Shown: positions 51,693 through 61,572, counted from the stretch's first letter. The stretch: 62,000 nucleotides of DNA from Hyalangium minutum (GCF_000737315.1 NZ_JMCB01000002.1:82001-144000); one strand, 5' to 3'. A program made the numbers and translations. The notes: generated by a model from the sequence alone, not told the origin.

Positions 51693-52481
51693 TTGGGGGC
51701 TGTGAAGGCCATCATCTGGATATCGCTTTTTATGCTGGGGCTGGGAGGGGTGCTCTTCCCGGCCTATTACCTCTACAAGGCGAGCAAGCTGCCCCCCATG
51801 GACAGCGAGTTCGAGATCGAGAAGCAGCTCAAGCACGCCATTGAAGGCGATCGCATGAGTCTGGTGTCCGGCATGTACGTGAAGCCGGACCGGTCCATCA
51901 CCTTCAACCGTCCGGACTTCACGCGGCTGCCCAAGGACCTGGTGGCCATCTACATCACCCAGATGGGGTGCCCGCAGTTCTTCCAGACGCCGCGCGAGGA
52001 CGGGTTCGCCTGGGCCTGGCGGCTCTTTGTCGGCGCCACCGTGGGTGGCCAGCCGCCGGGAGATGGCGGCTGTGAGCACATCCTCGCCTACCGGATCGCG
52101 TGGAAGCTGGGGGTGCGCGATGAGATGGAGCTGACGGTGGCCTCCAACAAGCTCCACGCCTTCCTCCAGAAGGATCAGCTCATCGCGTACGACCTGGCCA
52201 TCATCCAGTTCGAGCGCGGCGTGGTGGGCGTGGAGGACGCCGCCTACAAGCTCTTCGGCCGCGAGCTGGACAAGCTGTCGCTGGCGGAGCTCGGAGAGCT
52301 GCAGCTGGCCCTGCCGCCGTACGGCTACTACGACGACCTGAAGACCTGCCAGAACGCGGCCATCATGAAGCAGAACCGCGACCTCGTCCTGAAGTACACC
52401 GCCGGCGTGGAGCTGCTGGGCCGCGACAAGGTGAACAACGCCCTCGCCCAGCCGGTCTTCTGCACCCAGCGCAAGCAGTGA
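51693..52481 (+). CDS. Transglycosylase (GT51/MtgA)-like membrane protein, catalytic motifs absent
   Basis: N-terminal TM; KDQLIAYDL..IQF.RGVVGVEDAAYKLFG..L..LSLAE...L matches the GT51 C-terminal half; no EDxxF motif. Confidence 0.7.
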   Translation: MGAVKAIIWISLFMLGLGGVLFPAYYLYKASKLPPMDSEFEIEKQLKHAIEGDRMSLVSGMYVKPDRSITFNRPDFTRLPKDLVAIYITQMGCPQFFQTPREDGFAWAWRLFVGATVGGQPPGDGGCEHILAYRIAWKLGVRDEMELTVASNKLHAFLQKDQLIAYDLAIIQFERGVVGVEDAAYKLFGRELDKLSLAELGELQLALPPYGYYDDLKTCQNAAIMKQNRDLVLKYTAGVELLGRDKVNNALAQPVFCTQRKQ

Positions 52482-52499
52482 GGTGCCGCGCTCCGGCGC

Positions 52500-54551
52500 C
52501 TACTTGCGGTTGAGGTACGTCCGCTCGAAGTTGCTCATCATGAACTCGACGCTGCGGCGGTCGTCGGCGCTGTCGGCGGCGGCCGCGCCCTTGCGGATGC
52601 GGTCGAACATGTTGCGGGCGGACGAGGCGTCCTTGATTTGCCCCGACTTGATGAGCCCCTCCATGTCGCGCCGGAGGCGATCCACGCTGTTCAGCAGCTC
52701 CTGCTGAGCGGCGGAGCGGGTGTTGCCCGGGCGGGGCGTCGTCTTCACGGTGCCCGGCTTGGACGCCTCGGTCGGATCCACGGGCAGCTGCGGCGTGGGC
52801 GTCGTCTCGGGCGCGGGGGTGGGGTTCACCGGGGTGCCCGGGTTCGGCGTCGGAGGCGTGATGGCTTCGGTGGGGGTCGTCGCGACCGGGTTGGCCGGAG
52901 GCGTCACCGGCGGCGTGGGGTTCGGCTGCGTCGGCTGCGGAGGAGGCGTGACAGGCCCGGTCGGCGTGGCCACGACGGGAGGCGTGTTCACCGGAGTGTC
53001 CGTCCCACGGCTGCGGAACAGCAGCACGCCGACGGCTCCCAGCAGCACCGCGGCAGCCACTGCGATGGGCACCACGCGCTTGTTGGGCGAGGTGAGGCCC
53101 GCGGCGCGCTTCTCCGCGGGAGAGAGCTCGGGCGACGGCAGCGGAGCCGGCGGGGTGGCCTGGCGCGGCACCGGCTCCTCGGCCTTCGCGGCCATGGGGA
53201 CAGGAACGGGTTGCTCCCCGGTCATGGGCGCCAGGGACACCGGATCCGGCGGCGCGGGCACCGCCGGGACCTTCACCGAGTCGGAGATGACGACGACGGC
53301 GGAGACCTCTTCGGTGGACGGAGCCGAGGCGGCGGGGGCGGGCGTGGGCGTGAGGGCCCGGGCAGGAGCGATCTGGGCGGCCGCGGCGGCCTGGGCCCGC
53401 GTGGGCCGCAGCATGGTGCGGCGCAGGCGGTGGAGCTGCTGGCGCAGGGCATCCGCGGAGCTGGGGCGAGCCTCCGGATCCTTCGTCAGCATCTGCAGGA
53501 TGAAGGCATCCAGCGCGGGCGGCAGCTCGGGCACGAACTCCGAGGGCCGAGGCGGCCGCGCGTCCACGTGCTTCATCAGCAGGTCCACCGGCGAGGTGCC
53601 GATGAAGGGCAGCCGGCCGGTGACCATCTCGAAGGTGACGACGCCCATGGCGTACAGGTCCGTCATCGGACCCACGGCCTGGCCGCGGGCCTGCTCCGGC
53701 GCCATGTACTCCGGCGTGCCCACCACCATGTCCGTGCGCGTCTGCGCGGTGCGCGCGGCCGCGCCGCTCTGGCCCTGCTTGGCGAGACCGAAGTCCAGCA
53801 GCTTCACGTAGCGCGTGCCGCCCGGCTCGCGTACCAGGAAGATGTTGCTCGGCTTCAGGTCGCGGTGCACCACGCCCGCGCCGTGCGCGGCGCCCAGCGC
53901 GGCCAGCACCTCATCGAGGATGGAGAGCGCCTCGGTGGGCGGCAGCCGCCCCTTCTCCGCCAGATAGGCGTCGAGCGGCTGCCCATCCAGGAACTCCATG
54001 ACGATGTACTGCCGCCCGTCCGGCACCTGCCCGAAGCCGAAGATGTCGATGATGCCGCGGTGGCGGATGGCGTTGACGGCGCGGGCCTCGGCCAGCAGGC
54101 GAGCCACCTGCTCGGGGGCCTGCGCCAGCTCGGGCCGCAGCACCTTCACCGCCACGCGCTTGCCAATGAGTGGCTGGATGCCGTCGTACACGAAGCCCAT
54201 GCCGCCCACGCCGATGCGCGAGCGCAGCTCGTACTCCCCGAGCTTCATGCCGATCAGCGGATCTCTCGTGGGTGGCTCTTCTCCCCACATGGCGGCGGTG
54301 GCCGCAGCGGCCTGAGAGTCATCCGCGGTGGGGCTGCGAGGAGGTGCCTCCTCGCCCCAGGCGAATGGGGCCGAGCGCCCGCGAGAGGGAGGCTCTTCGC
54401 CCCACACGTTCCGACGATGATCGATCTGGGTGCTCTCTTCGTCGTCTCGGGCCATGAAGGACGAAAGGATGACCGTTCCGTCCCGTGGGCACACGCCGGC
54501 GCCAGGAGGGACTTCCAGACCACAGGTTTCACACGTGCGCGCGGAGGCCAT
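52500..54551 (-). CDS. Membrane-anchored Ser/Thr kinase with N-terminal Zn ribbon and Pro/Thr-rich exported tail
   Basis: CETC...CPRDG; GVGGMG, VAVK, HRDLKPSN, DFG, GTPEYMAPEQ; TM VVPIAVAAAVLLGAVGVLLF. Confidence 0.92.
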   Translation of the reverse strand: MASARTCETCGLEVPPGAGVCPRDGTVILSSFMARDDEESTQIDHRRNVWGEEPPSRGRSAPFAWGEEAPPRSPTADDSQAAAATAAMWGEEPPTRDPLIGMKLGEYELRSRIGVGGMGFVYDGIQPLIGKRVAVKVLRPELAQAPEQVARLLAEARAVNAIRHRGIIDIFGFGQVPDGRQYIVMEFLDGQPLDAYLAEKGRLPPTEALSILDEVLAALGAAHGAGVVHRDLKPSNIFLVREPGGTRYVKLLDFGLAKQGQSGAAARTAQTRTDMVVGTPEYMAPEQARGQAVGPMTDLYAMGVVTFEMVTGRLPFIGTSPVDLLMKHVDARPPRPSEFVPELPPALDAFILQMLTKDPEARPSSADALRQQLHRLRRTMLRPTRAQAAAAAQIAPARALTPTPAPAASAPSTEEVSAVVVISDSVKVPAVPAPPDPVSLAPMTGEQPVPVPMAAKAEEPVPRQATPPAPLPSPELSPAEKRAAGLTSPNKRVVPIAVAAAVLLGAVGVLLFRSRGTDTPVNTPPVVATPTGPVTPPPQPTQPNPTPPVTPPANPVATTPTEAITPPTPNPGTPVNPTPAPETTPTPQLPVDPTEASKPGTVKTTPRPGNTRSAAQQELLNSVDRLRRDMEGLIKSGQIKDASSARNMFDRIRKGAAAADSADDRRSVEFMMSNFERTYLNRK

Positions 54552-54701
54552 CGGGGAATTCAGGGCTCGCAGCCTAGCAGACTGCGGGACTGTCGCCGAT
54601 CTGTCGATTCCAGGAAAGCAGGGAAGCAGACAGGCGCCTCGGAGCGCCTCGCCAACCCCCGTGACGGGTAGATCGCCCTACCCACACGCAGCAGGAGAGG
54701 A

Positions 54702-56330
54702 TCAGGGGCAGCCTGGGGAGTTGAGCTGCTGCCCCGGCTGTCCGGCATTTCCCCCGGTACCCGGAGCTCCACCTACACCGCCGTCCCCGAGCACCATCGT
54801 CGCGCTGCCGGTGTAGGCGGCATTCGGGCCGCACCAGATGCCCACGGAGGGCCCGCCGCCACCGCCGCCGCCGGGGCCGCCCGGACCCCCATGGCCTCCG
54901 GGGCCACCCGGGCCGCCGTCTCCGCCATAGGAGTTGTAGGTGGCCGAGGTGTTGATGCCGCGCGCGCCGCCGATACCACCGGGGCCACCGCCGCCGCCAG
55001 GTCCGCCCTCGCCGCCCTTGCCACCCCGGCCGCCGCCGCGAGTGATGAGCGTCGAGTCTCCCTCGAAGGAGACGTTGGATTGGACCAGCAGCACGGCGAT
55101 GGAGGCGCCACCGCCACCGCCGCCGCCGCCAGCACCACCACCACATCCGCCGCCACCACCACCGCCACTTCCACCTCCCGAGGCGCCTTCGACAATCGGG
55201 GCCGACTCACGCTTGCACGAGCCACCACTGCCACCGCCGCCGCCACCGCTGCCAGGGGTGCCCGGGTCCCCGGAGCCGCCCTGCTGGTTGGCGACCCACT
55301 GGGTGCCAAGCAGCTCGCCCATGCCCGAGCCGCTGGAGCCCGGCGTGCCTGCGTTGCCCGGTTGGCCTGGCAGGCCCGGCCCGCCCGTGCCGGCCGTGCA
55401 GACGATCAGAGGAGGGGAGGTATTGGTGGAACCCGCTGCACCTCCGGCTCCGCCCTCGCCTCCCAAGGCCGTTGGATTGCCCTTCAGCCCTGCGAAGCCC
55501 GCCGAGGAGTTGCCTCCCTGGGCGCCGTTGTTGCCATCTCCGCCTGAGACGTTCACCCCATCGCAGAGGGTGAGGCCACCGGCGCCGTAGCTCCCCGCGT
55601 TGGCAACGCCACCATCGCCGCCGGGGTTGCCCACGCCGCCATCCAACCCCTGGCTCCCATTGGCCCCGAGGGTCCCCTGTGCTCCCAGACCCGCAATGAA
55701 GGTGCTGTAGCGCAGCCGGATGTCCTGCGAGTTGATGACCTGCAGGGCAATGGAGGCGGTGCCTGGGGCAGTCGCGTTGTCGGAGCGGACGGTGAGGTGA
55801 TCCAGCACCGCGGGTGAGCTCGGAGTGATGTCCTTGATGACCAGACCGATGGGACCGCCATCCAGGAAGCTGGTGAAGCTGTTGCTGCGATCCCAGTTGT
55901 TGTCGCGCCCGCCATAGGCGCCGTACAGCGAGATCTGGCTGTCGATGGTGAGCCCTGGTTCGTTGTAGGCGCCCTGCGCGAGGTACACGCGCTTGGGCGC
56001 GTTGGGCGCCTTCGTACGCTCGAGCGCCTCGCCGAGCGTCAGCAGTGGGTCCTCGGAGGTGCCCGCGCCGCCGGCCCTTCCGCGGATCGGATCCACGAAG
56101 ATGCCGCCGTCGGCCATGCCGTCCACGCCGTCGCAGTTGCGATCGCGGAATTCGTCATCGGGCTCGTCGTCATCGCCCTGGAACTGACAGGCCACGCCGC
56201 CATCCGGTTTGACACAGTTGCCGGTGGTCTCGCAGCGCTGCTTCGCCTCATCGAAGTTGAAGCAACCCACGGCGGCGAGCACGCCCACCAGCGATGCCCC
56301 GATCAGGCGGGGCTTCCACGTATTCAGCAT
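54702..56330 (-). CDS. Gly-rich surface lipoprotein (Cys-containing N-terminus, probable beta-helix region, polyGly repeats)
   Basis: ATG at 56330 with GAGGAG SD; lipobox AAVG-C; DDEFRDRNCDGVDG; long GGxGG runs. Confidence 0.8.
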   Translation of the reverse strand: MLNTWKPRLIGASLVGVLAAVGCFNFDEAKQRCETTGNCVKPDGGVACQFQGDDDEPDDEFRDRNCDGVDGMADGGIFVDPIRGRAGGAGTSEDPLLTLGEALERTKAPNAPKRVYLAQGAYNEPGLTIDSQISLYGAYGGRDNNWDRSNSFTSFLDGGPIGLVIKDITPSSPAVLDHLTVRSDNATAPGTASIALQVINSQDIRLRYSTFIAGLGAQGTLGANGSQGLDGGVGNPGGDGGVANAGSYGAGGLTLCDGVNVSGGDGNNGAQGGNSSAGFAGLKGNPTALGGEGGAGGAAGSTNTSPPLIVCTAGTGGPGLPGQPGNAGTPGSSGSGMGELLGTQWVANQQGGSGDPGTPGSGGGGGGSGGSCKRESAPIVEGASGGGSGGGGGGGCGGGAGGGGGGGGASIAVLLVQSNVSFEGDSTLITRGGGRGGKGGEGGPGGGGGPGGIGGARGINTSATYNSYGGDGGPGGPGGHGGPGGPGGGGGGGPSVGIWCGPNAAYTGSATMVLGDGGVGGAPGTGGNAGQPGQQLNSPGCP

Positions 56331-56338
56331 AACGCTCC

Positions 56339-57340
56339 TCACGGCCACGTCCCGACCAGACCCACCATGCCCCCACCGGGGCCCACGGTGACAGTGGGCT
56401 GCACCGGCTTTTCATCTCCAGGGAACAGATAAAACACGCCCGCCGTCACGAGCGCGGCGGCGCCCACTCCAAAGGTGATGCGGCTCAGGTTCTGGGCGCT
56501 GCGCCCATCTCTGGCGAGCTCATCCGGGTTTCGGATGGGGCTGTCGGGGCTGCCGCCCGAGGAAAGCTCGTTGTACTTGCTCCGCGCCTTCAGGAAGAAG
56601 AACGTGCCCGCACCCGCGGAGGCCACGCCCACTGCGGCGGGCGCCCAGGCCCAGCGGCGCAGATTGGCCTTTGGAGCGGGCTTGGCCGGCACGGGCTCCA
56701 CCACCGGAGGCGGCTTCACCAGGGTGTCGCCCGGAGGTGGCTTCACCAGGGTGTCGCCCGGAGGCGGCTCGGTTCCGCCCGTCGGAGTCGAGGGGGTGGT
56801 GTCGGGAGGCGGCTGTGGAACTTCGGGCGGTGCCTGCGAGGGGCGCAGCTGTCGGATCAGCTGCGGTACCACCGCATCCAGGGACTGAGTGAGCGCGTCG
56901 AGCATTCCGTCCTCTCGGACCCCGGGAATGAGGTTCTCGGACACGAGCCCGCCATCGGATGTCTTGTAGATCTTCGTGCCCACGCGGTAGCCGTCCACGC
57001 GTTGCAGCAGCTCGGCCACCAACACCACGTCGCTCTTGGCCGCCTCGCCCAGCGCGGTGAGGCACCGCAGCTCCGTGCGCTTGCACTTCAAGAGCTGGCG
57101 GCGCTTGGCGGAGGACAGCTTGCGCATGAAGTCCTTCATCCGGATCACCGTGAGGCCCTTGGAGCGGGCCTGCTCGGCGACGTGCTCCTGGGCGAACTCC
57201 ACGACGTGCCCCGGCACGCCCGCTGTGTCCGCGGGGGCGATCAGCACGGTGATGGGCCCATCCGCGGCGGCGGGCGCCTGGTTGAGCAGGACGAAGGTGA
57301 GGAGAAGGGGTGTCAGCACGGGGGGTGACTTTCTCCTCAT
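56339..57340 (-). CDS. Exported hypothetical protein with Pro-rich linker and C-terminal hydrophobic segments
   Basis: Likely ATG at 57340; signal peptide; stop lies 8 nt upstream of the lipoprotein start. Confidence 0.75.
   Translation of the reverse strand: MRRKSPPVLTPLLLTFVLLNQAPAAADGPITVLIAPADTAGVPGHVVEFAQEHVAEQARSKGLTVIRMKDFMRKLSSAKRRQLLKCKRTELRCLTALGEAAKSDVVLVAELLQRVDGYRVGTKIYKTSDGGLVSENLIPGVREDGMLDALTQSLDAVVPQLIRQLRPSQAPPEVPQPPPDTTPSTPTGGTEPPPGDTLVKPPPGDTLVKPPPVVEPVPAKPAPKANLRRWAWAPAAVGVASAGAGTFFFLKARSKYNELSSGGSPDSPIRNPDELARDGRSAQNLSRITFGVGAAALVTAGVFYLFPGDEKPVQPTVTVGPGGGMVGLVGTWP
56705..56770 (-). repeat. 27-bp in-frame tandem duplication encoding PPPGDTLVK x2
   Basis: CCGGAGG(C/T)GGCTTCACCAGGGTGTCGC repeated twice, plus a partial third copy. 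Confidence 0.85.
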
Positions 57341-57523
57341 GCTGCCACTCAAGCAAGACTGTGACTGCGCCCCAGGGCTCTCCCGGGCAAAGGCAGGCCC
57401 CAGGGCTGCCGCTCCCCGTTGTGCCCAGCCACTCTCCCTGTCCTGGAGGGCGGTAGGACACTGCCCTACTTATCTCTTGGGTTGGCTTCGCCTGGGAGCG
57501 GGCTTCGGGCCAAAAGGGCCGGT

Positions 57524-59374
57524 TCAGCGGCGCGGGCGGTCGGGCGGAGGAGCGCGGATTTGCGTCTTCTCGCTGTTTCCCGAGTTGGAGCCAGCATCAT
57601 CCTCCGCCTCGTCCTCGGGGGCCGGACGGGCGGTGGCGACAGGTGCCGGGCGGCGAGGAGGCACGCCAGCGGGGGGCCGGACGGCGGGGCTGGAGCCGGT
57701 GGTCGCCCGGTTGGGCACCCCTGCGGGCGCAGGCAAGGGGCGGCGGGGAGGGGCGGAGGCGGGACGAGAGGAGGCGGCCTCCGCGAGCAGATCCTCGGAG
57801 ATCTCCACCTTGGGTTCGTCCTTGGGAGGCATGCCCGAGTGGGTGGAGTCCTCCTGCGGCGCGCTGAGGTCATCCTCCTCGGCGGCGCGGGCGAAGGGGT
57901 TGCGGGTGGGCGGCGGCGTCTTGTCCTCGTCGGACAGGGCGTTCTGCGCGGGCCGAGGCGGGGGAGGGGACCGGGCCTGCGCCGAAGCGGGCGCCGGAGG
58001 CGGCTTCGCGGCGGACGTGGGAGCCGGCTTGGCCATGGAGGGCGGCAGGTTGGCGGGCACCTGCACCTGCGCGGCGGGTGCGGGCGGCAGGGCGGGTGCG
58101 GCGGGCTTGCCGTCCTTGGCGTGCTGCGCGTCCACCTGGAGCTTCTTCTCGAAGTCCTGCCACTGCTTCTTGTACTCGGAGGGATCCGGCCGGCCCTGCT
58201 CGCGGTGCTTCAGCGAGGGCGCCCAGCGCACCTCGTACGAAGAGCCCACCTGGAACGAGGGCGGAGGCGGCACGCCATAGGTGGCGGGGTCGAAGAAGGA
58301 CTCGTCCAGGTCCTGGAAGCCGTACGCGCGGGCCTTGGAGACGAAGGTGGGGACGATGCCGGTGGGCGCGTGGTAGCCGAGGATGTGGCCGTCCTCGTCC
58401 TTGGTCACCGGGGTGAAGACGAAGATGTCCTGGGTGCGGTAGTCGCCCTTCTCGTTGAGCGGGAGCACCTCGGAGAGGGCAATCGTCTTGCGGCTGCCGT
58501 CATGGAGACGCTCGCAGCAGACGATGAAGTTGATGGCGCTGGCCACCTGGGCGCGCACGGCGACCATGGGCAGCTCCACGGCGGACATGAGGCACAGCGA
58601 CTCGATGCGGCGCAGCGTGTCCGTGGGCGTGTTGGCGTGACAGGTGGCCAGCGAGCCGCCGTGGCCGGTGTTCATCGCCTGCACCAGGTAGAAGGCCTCG
58701 CCGCCGCGCACCTCGCCCACGACGATGCGGTCTGGGCGCAGACGCAGGGCCGAGTGCAGCAGGTCTCCCATGTCCACGCCGCCCTTGCCGAACTTGTCCG
58801 GCGGGCGGCTCTCGAAGGCCACCAGGTGCGACTGGTTGAGCTGGAGCTCCGCCGAGTCCTCGATGGTGAGGATGCGCTCCTCGTCCGGGATGAGCGAGGA
58901 GACGATGTTGAGCAGCGTCGTCTTTCCGGAGCCCGTACCGCCGGACACCAGCATGTTGAGCTTGGTGTGGATGCCCGCGTCGATGAGGCGCGCCATCTGC
59001 GGCGTCATCGACTTGTACTGGATGAGCGCGTCGATCGTCAGCTTGTCCTTGAAGAACTTGCGGATCGAGATGGTGGTGCCGCGCCGGGCGATGGGCGGAA
59101 TCACGACGTGGATACGGCTGCCGTCGGGCAGACGCGCGTCCAGGCGGGGGCGCTCGTCGCTGAGGATGCGGCCGACGAACTGCGCCATGTTGCGCGCGGC
59201 GCCCAGGAGGCCTTCCTCGGAGAAGACGGCGTCTGTTTTCGACAGGCGGCCCTTCTTCTCGATCCAGATGTCGGCCGGACCGTTGATCATGATCTCCGAG
59301 ACGGCGGGATCATCCAGGTACGGGAGGACCGGCTTGAGAAACGCCCGAAGCGACTCTGTGTACATCGAGGACAT
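57524..59374 (-). CDS. cpaF: CpaF/TadA-family secretion ATPase with long Pro/Ala-rich C-terminal tail
   Basis: EIMING, RLDARLPDGSR, ISIRKF, GGTGSGKTT, TIEDSAEL, ALRLRPDRIVVGEVRG, MNTGH, TCHAN. Confidence 0.9.
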   Translation of the reverse strand: MSSMYTESLRAFLKPVLPYLDDPAVSEIMINGPADIWIEKKGRLSKTDAVFSEEGLLGAARNMAQFVGRILSDERPRLDARLPDGSRIHVVIPPIARRGTTISIRKFFKDKLTIDALIQYKSMTPQMARLIDAGIHTKLNMLVSGGTGSGKTTLLNIVSSLIPDEERILTIEDSAELQLNQSHLVAFESRPPDKFGKGGVDMGDLLHSALRLRPDRIVVGEVRGGEAFYLVQAMNTGHGGSLATCHANTPTDTLRRIESLCLMSAVELPMVAVRAQVASAINFIVCCERLHDGSRKTIALSEVLPLNEKGDYRTQDIFVFTPVTKDEDGHILGYHAPTGIVPTFVSKARAYGFQDLDESFFDPATYGVPPPPSFQVGSSYEVRWAPSLKHREQGRPDPSEYKKQWQDFEKKLQVDAQHAKDGKPAAPALPPAPAAQVQVPANLPPSMAKPAPTSAAKPPPAPASAQARSPPPPRPAQNALSDEDKTPPPTRNPFARAAEEDDLSAPQEDSTHSGMPPKDEPKVEISEDLLAEAASSRPASAPPRRPLPAPAGVPNRATTGSSPAVRPPAGVPPRRPAPVATARPAPEDEAEDDAGSNSGNSEKTQIRAPPPDRPRR

Positions 59375-59451
59375 GGCGGAGCAAGGCTAGCCCGAGCCGC
59401 GCCCTGAACCCAACATCCCGTGGTCGCTTCCCTGCCGAGGGGAGGGGCGGC

Positions 59452-60690
59452 CTACATCCTCCCGAGCGCGTGCAACCCCAGGCCGGCCACGGCCGCCAAG
59501 GCGATGACGGCCATGGGGGTCAGCCGGGCCTTGGAGCGGAAGAGGACGGCGAGGGCCACGGCGAAGACGAGCCCGGTGGGCACGTCATGCACGGCGGCGC
59601 GCAGCAAGGGGAGCGCGGTGCCACCAATGAGGCCCACGACGCCCACAGTGACGCCCTCGAGGAAGACGCGGGCGCGCGGGTGGTGGAGCATGCGCTCCAG
59701 CGGGTCATGGGCGAGCAGCGTCAGCCCGAAGGCCGGGGCGAAGATGCCGGCGGTGATCGCCAGGGCTCCGGCCAAGCCGCCTCCGAGGTAGCCCACGAAG
59801 GTGCCGAAGATGATCAAAGGAGAAGGCAGCACTCCGCCAAGCGCGAGCCCATCGAGGAACTGCGCATCGGTCATCCACCCGCCCCGAGCCACCGCGTCAT
59901 TCTGGAGGAAGGGGATGGCGGTGTAAGCGCCACCGAAGGTCAGCAGGCCGGCGCGCAGGCCGGAGACGAGCAGGGAGAGCGTGCTCGGAGGCGCTCCGTT
60001 GGGAGCGGCGGCCGAGGCGGTGAGCGGCGCGGCGCTCTCGGGGGCATGGAAGGCGAGGAACAGGCCCACGCCCGTGGCGCACGCGGCGGTGAGGGCCAGT
60101 GCTCCCGCGCGCGAGCCTGCCTGGAGAAGTACGGTGGTGAGGCCGGCCCAGATGAGCGTGAGGGCGAAGTGCACCCCGAGCAGCTGGGCCACTGCGGCCA
60201 GCCCGGCGATGGCGAGCAACGGGCGCGACGTGAGCGAGTGGCCGCCGATGCGGTGGACGGCGCGGACGATGAGGGCGGCGACGGCGGCCTGCACCATCGT
60301 GAAGGCGGCCTTCACCCAGGGTGAACCCAGCCCGAAGTGCACATAGAGCCACGAGCACAGGAGCATGAGCAGGAGTCCAGGGAGCATGAAGCCCAGGCCG
60401 GCCAGCAGCCCGCCCACGCGGCCTCGGGAGAGCATGCCGAAGTAGACGCACAGCTCATGGGCCTCGGGGCCGGGGAGCACCTGGTACAGGGCGAGGGCCC
60501 GGTTGAAGTGGGCGGCGCTGACCCACTTCTCTTCCTCCACCAGCTCCTGGCGGACCATGGCGATCTGCGCGACGGGGCCGCCCCACGCCAGCAGCCCGAA
60601 GCGCAGGAAGCGCCAGAAGAGGCGGGGGAGCGGCTCGGTGGGGACGCGGGGCTCGGCCGACACGGGGCCGTGCGCCTCGGAGGGATTCAA
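59452..60690 (-). CDS. chrA: Chromate efflux transporter (long-chain CHR family)
   Basis: FGLLAWGGPVAQI, YQVLPGP, LTFGGAY, FLDGLALGGVLPSP; two homologous halves. Confidence 0.92.
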   Translation of the reverse strand: MNPSEAHGPVSAEPRVPTEPLPRLFWRFLRFGLLAWGGPVAQIAMVRQELVEEEKWVSAAHFNRALALYQVLPGPEAHELCVYFGMLSRGRVGGLLAGLGFMLPGLLLMLLCSWLYVHFGLGSPWVKAAFTMVQAAVAALIVRAVHRIGGHSLTSRPLLAIAGLAAVAQLLGVHFALTLIWAGLTTVLLQAGSRAGALALTAACATGVGLFLAFHAPESAAPLTASAAAPNGAPPSTLSLLVSGLRAGLLTFGGAYTAIPFLQNDAVARGGWMTDAQFLDGLALGGVLPSPLIIFGTFVGYLGGGLAGALAITAGIFAPAFGLTLLAHDPLERMLHHPRARVFLEGVTVGVVGLIGGTALPLLRAAVHDVPTGLVFAVALAVLFRSKARLTPMAVIALAAVAGLGLHALGRM

Positions 60691-60843
60691 GGTATCTCCA
60701 CGGGACTCCCGTGACTCTGCTGCCTCCCTCCCTCTCCGTCCAGCAACGAGCTTGTCAACGCCCGGCGGTGAACGCCTCCGCGCCGCTTTTTTACCCTACC
60801 TGCTACGTCCTCATGCTTGGATGGGACCTCTAGGGGAGGGTGT

Positions 60844-61518
60844 ATGCGGGAGAACCTACCGGCGGATTGGAGTGAGGTGTTGAGGGAGTCGCTGGAGTCG
60901 CCCTCGTTCCGGAAGCTCGAGCGCTTCGTGGAGGCCGAGCGCCGCAAGGCCATCGTCTATCCCTCGGAGGAGGAGCTCTTCTCCGCGTTCCGGCTGACGC
61001 CCTACGCCCATGTCCGGGTACTGCTGCTGGGGCAGGACCCGTACCACGGGCCAGGTCAGGCGCACGGGCTGGCTTTCTCGGTGAAGCCGGGAGTGCCCCT
61101 GCCGCCCTCCCTGGTGAACATCTTCAAGGAGCTGCAGAGCGACCTGGGGCCGCCCCTGCGCACGAGCGGCTCGCTGGTACCTTGGGCGGAGCAGGGCGTG
61201 CTGCTGCTCAACGCCGTGCTGACCGTGCGCCAGGGCGAGGCCAACAGCCACGAGGGCCAGGGCTGGGAGGAGTTCACGGACGCAGTCATCCGGGCGGTGA
61301 ACGCGAAGCCGGAGCCGGTGGTGTTCCTGCTCTGGGGGAACTACGCGCGCAAGAAGCGGAAGCTCATCGACACGCAGCGTCATGAAGTCCTCGAGTCTCC
61401 GCACCCCTCGCCGCTCTCGGCCTCGGGAGGCTTCTTCGGCAGCCGCCCGTTCAGCCGCATCAATGAGGCGCTCATGCTCCGAGGGCAGCCTCCCATCGAC
61501 TGGCACCGGGTAGGGTAA
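60844..61518 (+). CDS. ung: Uracil-DNA glycosylase, family 1
   Basis: GQDPYH, PPSLVNIFKEL, LLLNAVLTV, HPSPLS, F.GSRPFS. Confidence 0.97.
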   Translation: MRENLPADWSEVLRESLESPSFRKLERFVEAERRKAIVYPSEEELFSAFRLTPYAHVRVLLLGQDPYHGPGQAHGLAFSVKPGVPLPPSLVNIFKELQSDLGPPLRTSGSLVPWAEQGVLLLNAVLTVRQGEANSHEGQGWEEFTDAVIRAVNAKPEPVVFLLWGNYARKKRKLIDTQRHEVLESPHPSPLSASGGFFGSRPFSRINEALMLRGQPPIDWHRVG

Positions 61519-61572
61519 CGTCCCGAGCATTCGGCGAGTCGTCGCGCGGTGCCTCTCTGCTAGGGTAGCCGC

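Noticed and set aside
54702-56330. PE-PGRS or collagen assignment for the Gly-rich protein
   Set aside because: No PE domain and no sustained Gly-X-Y register; the similarity is compositional only.
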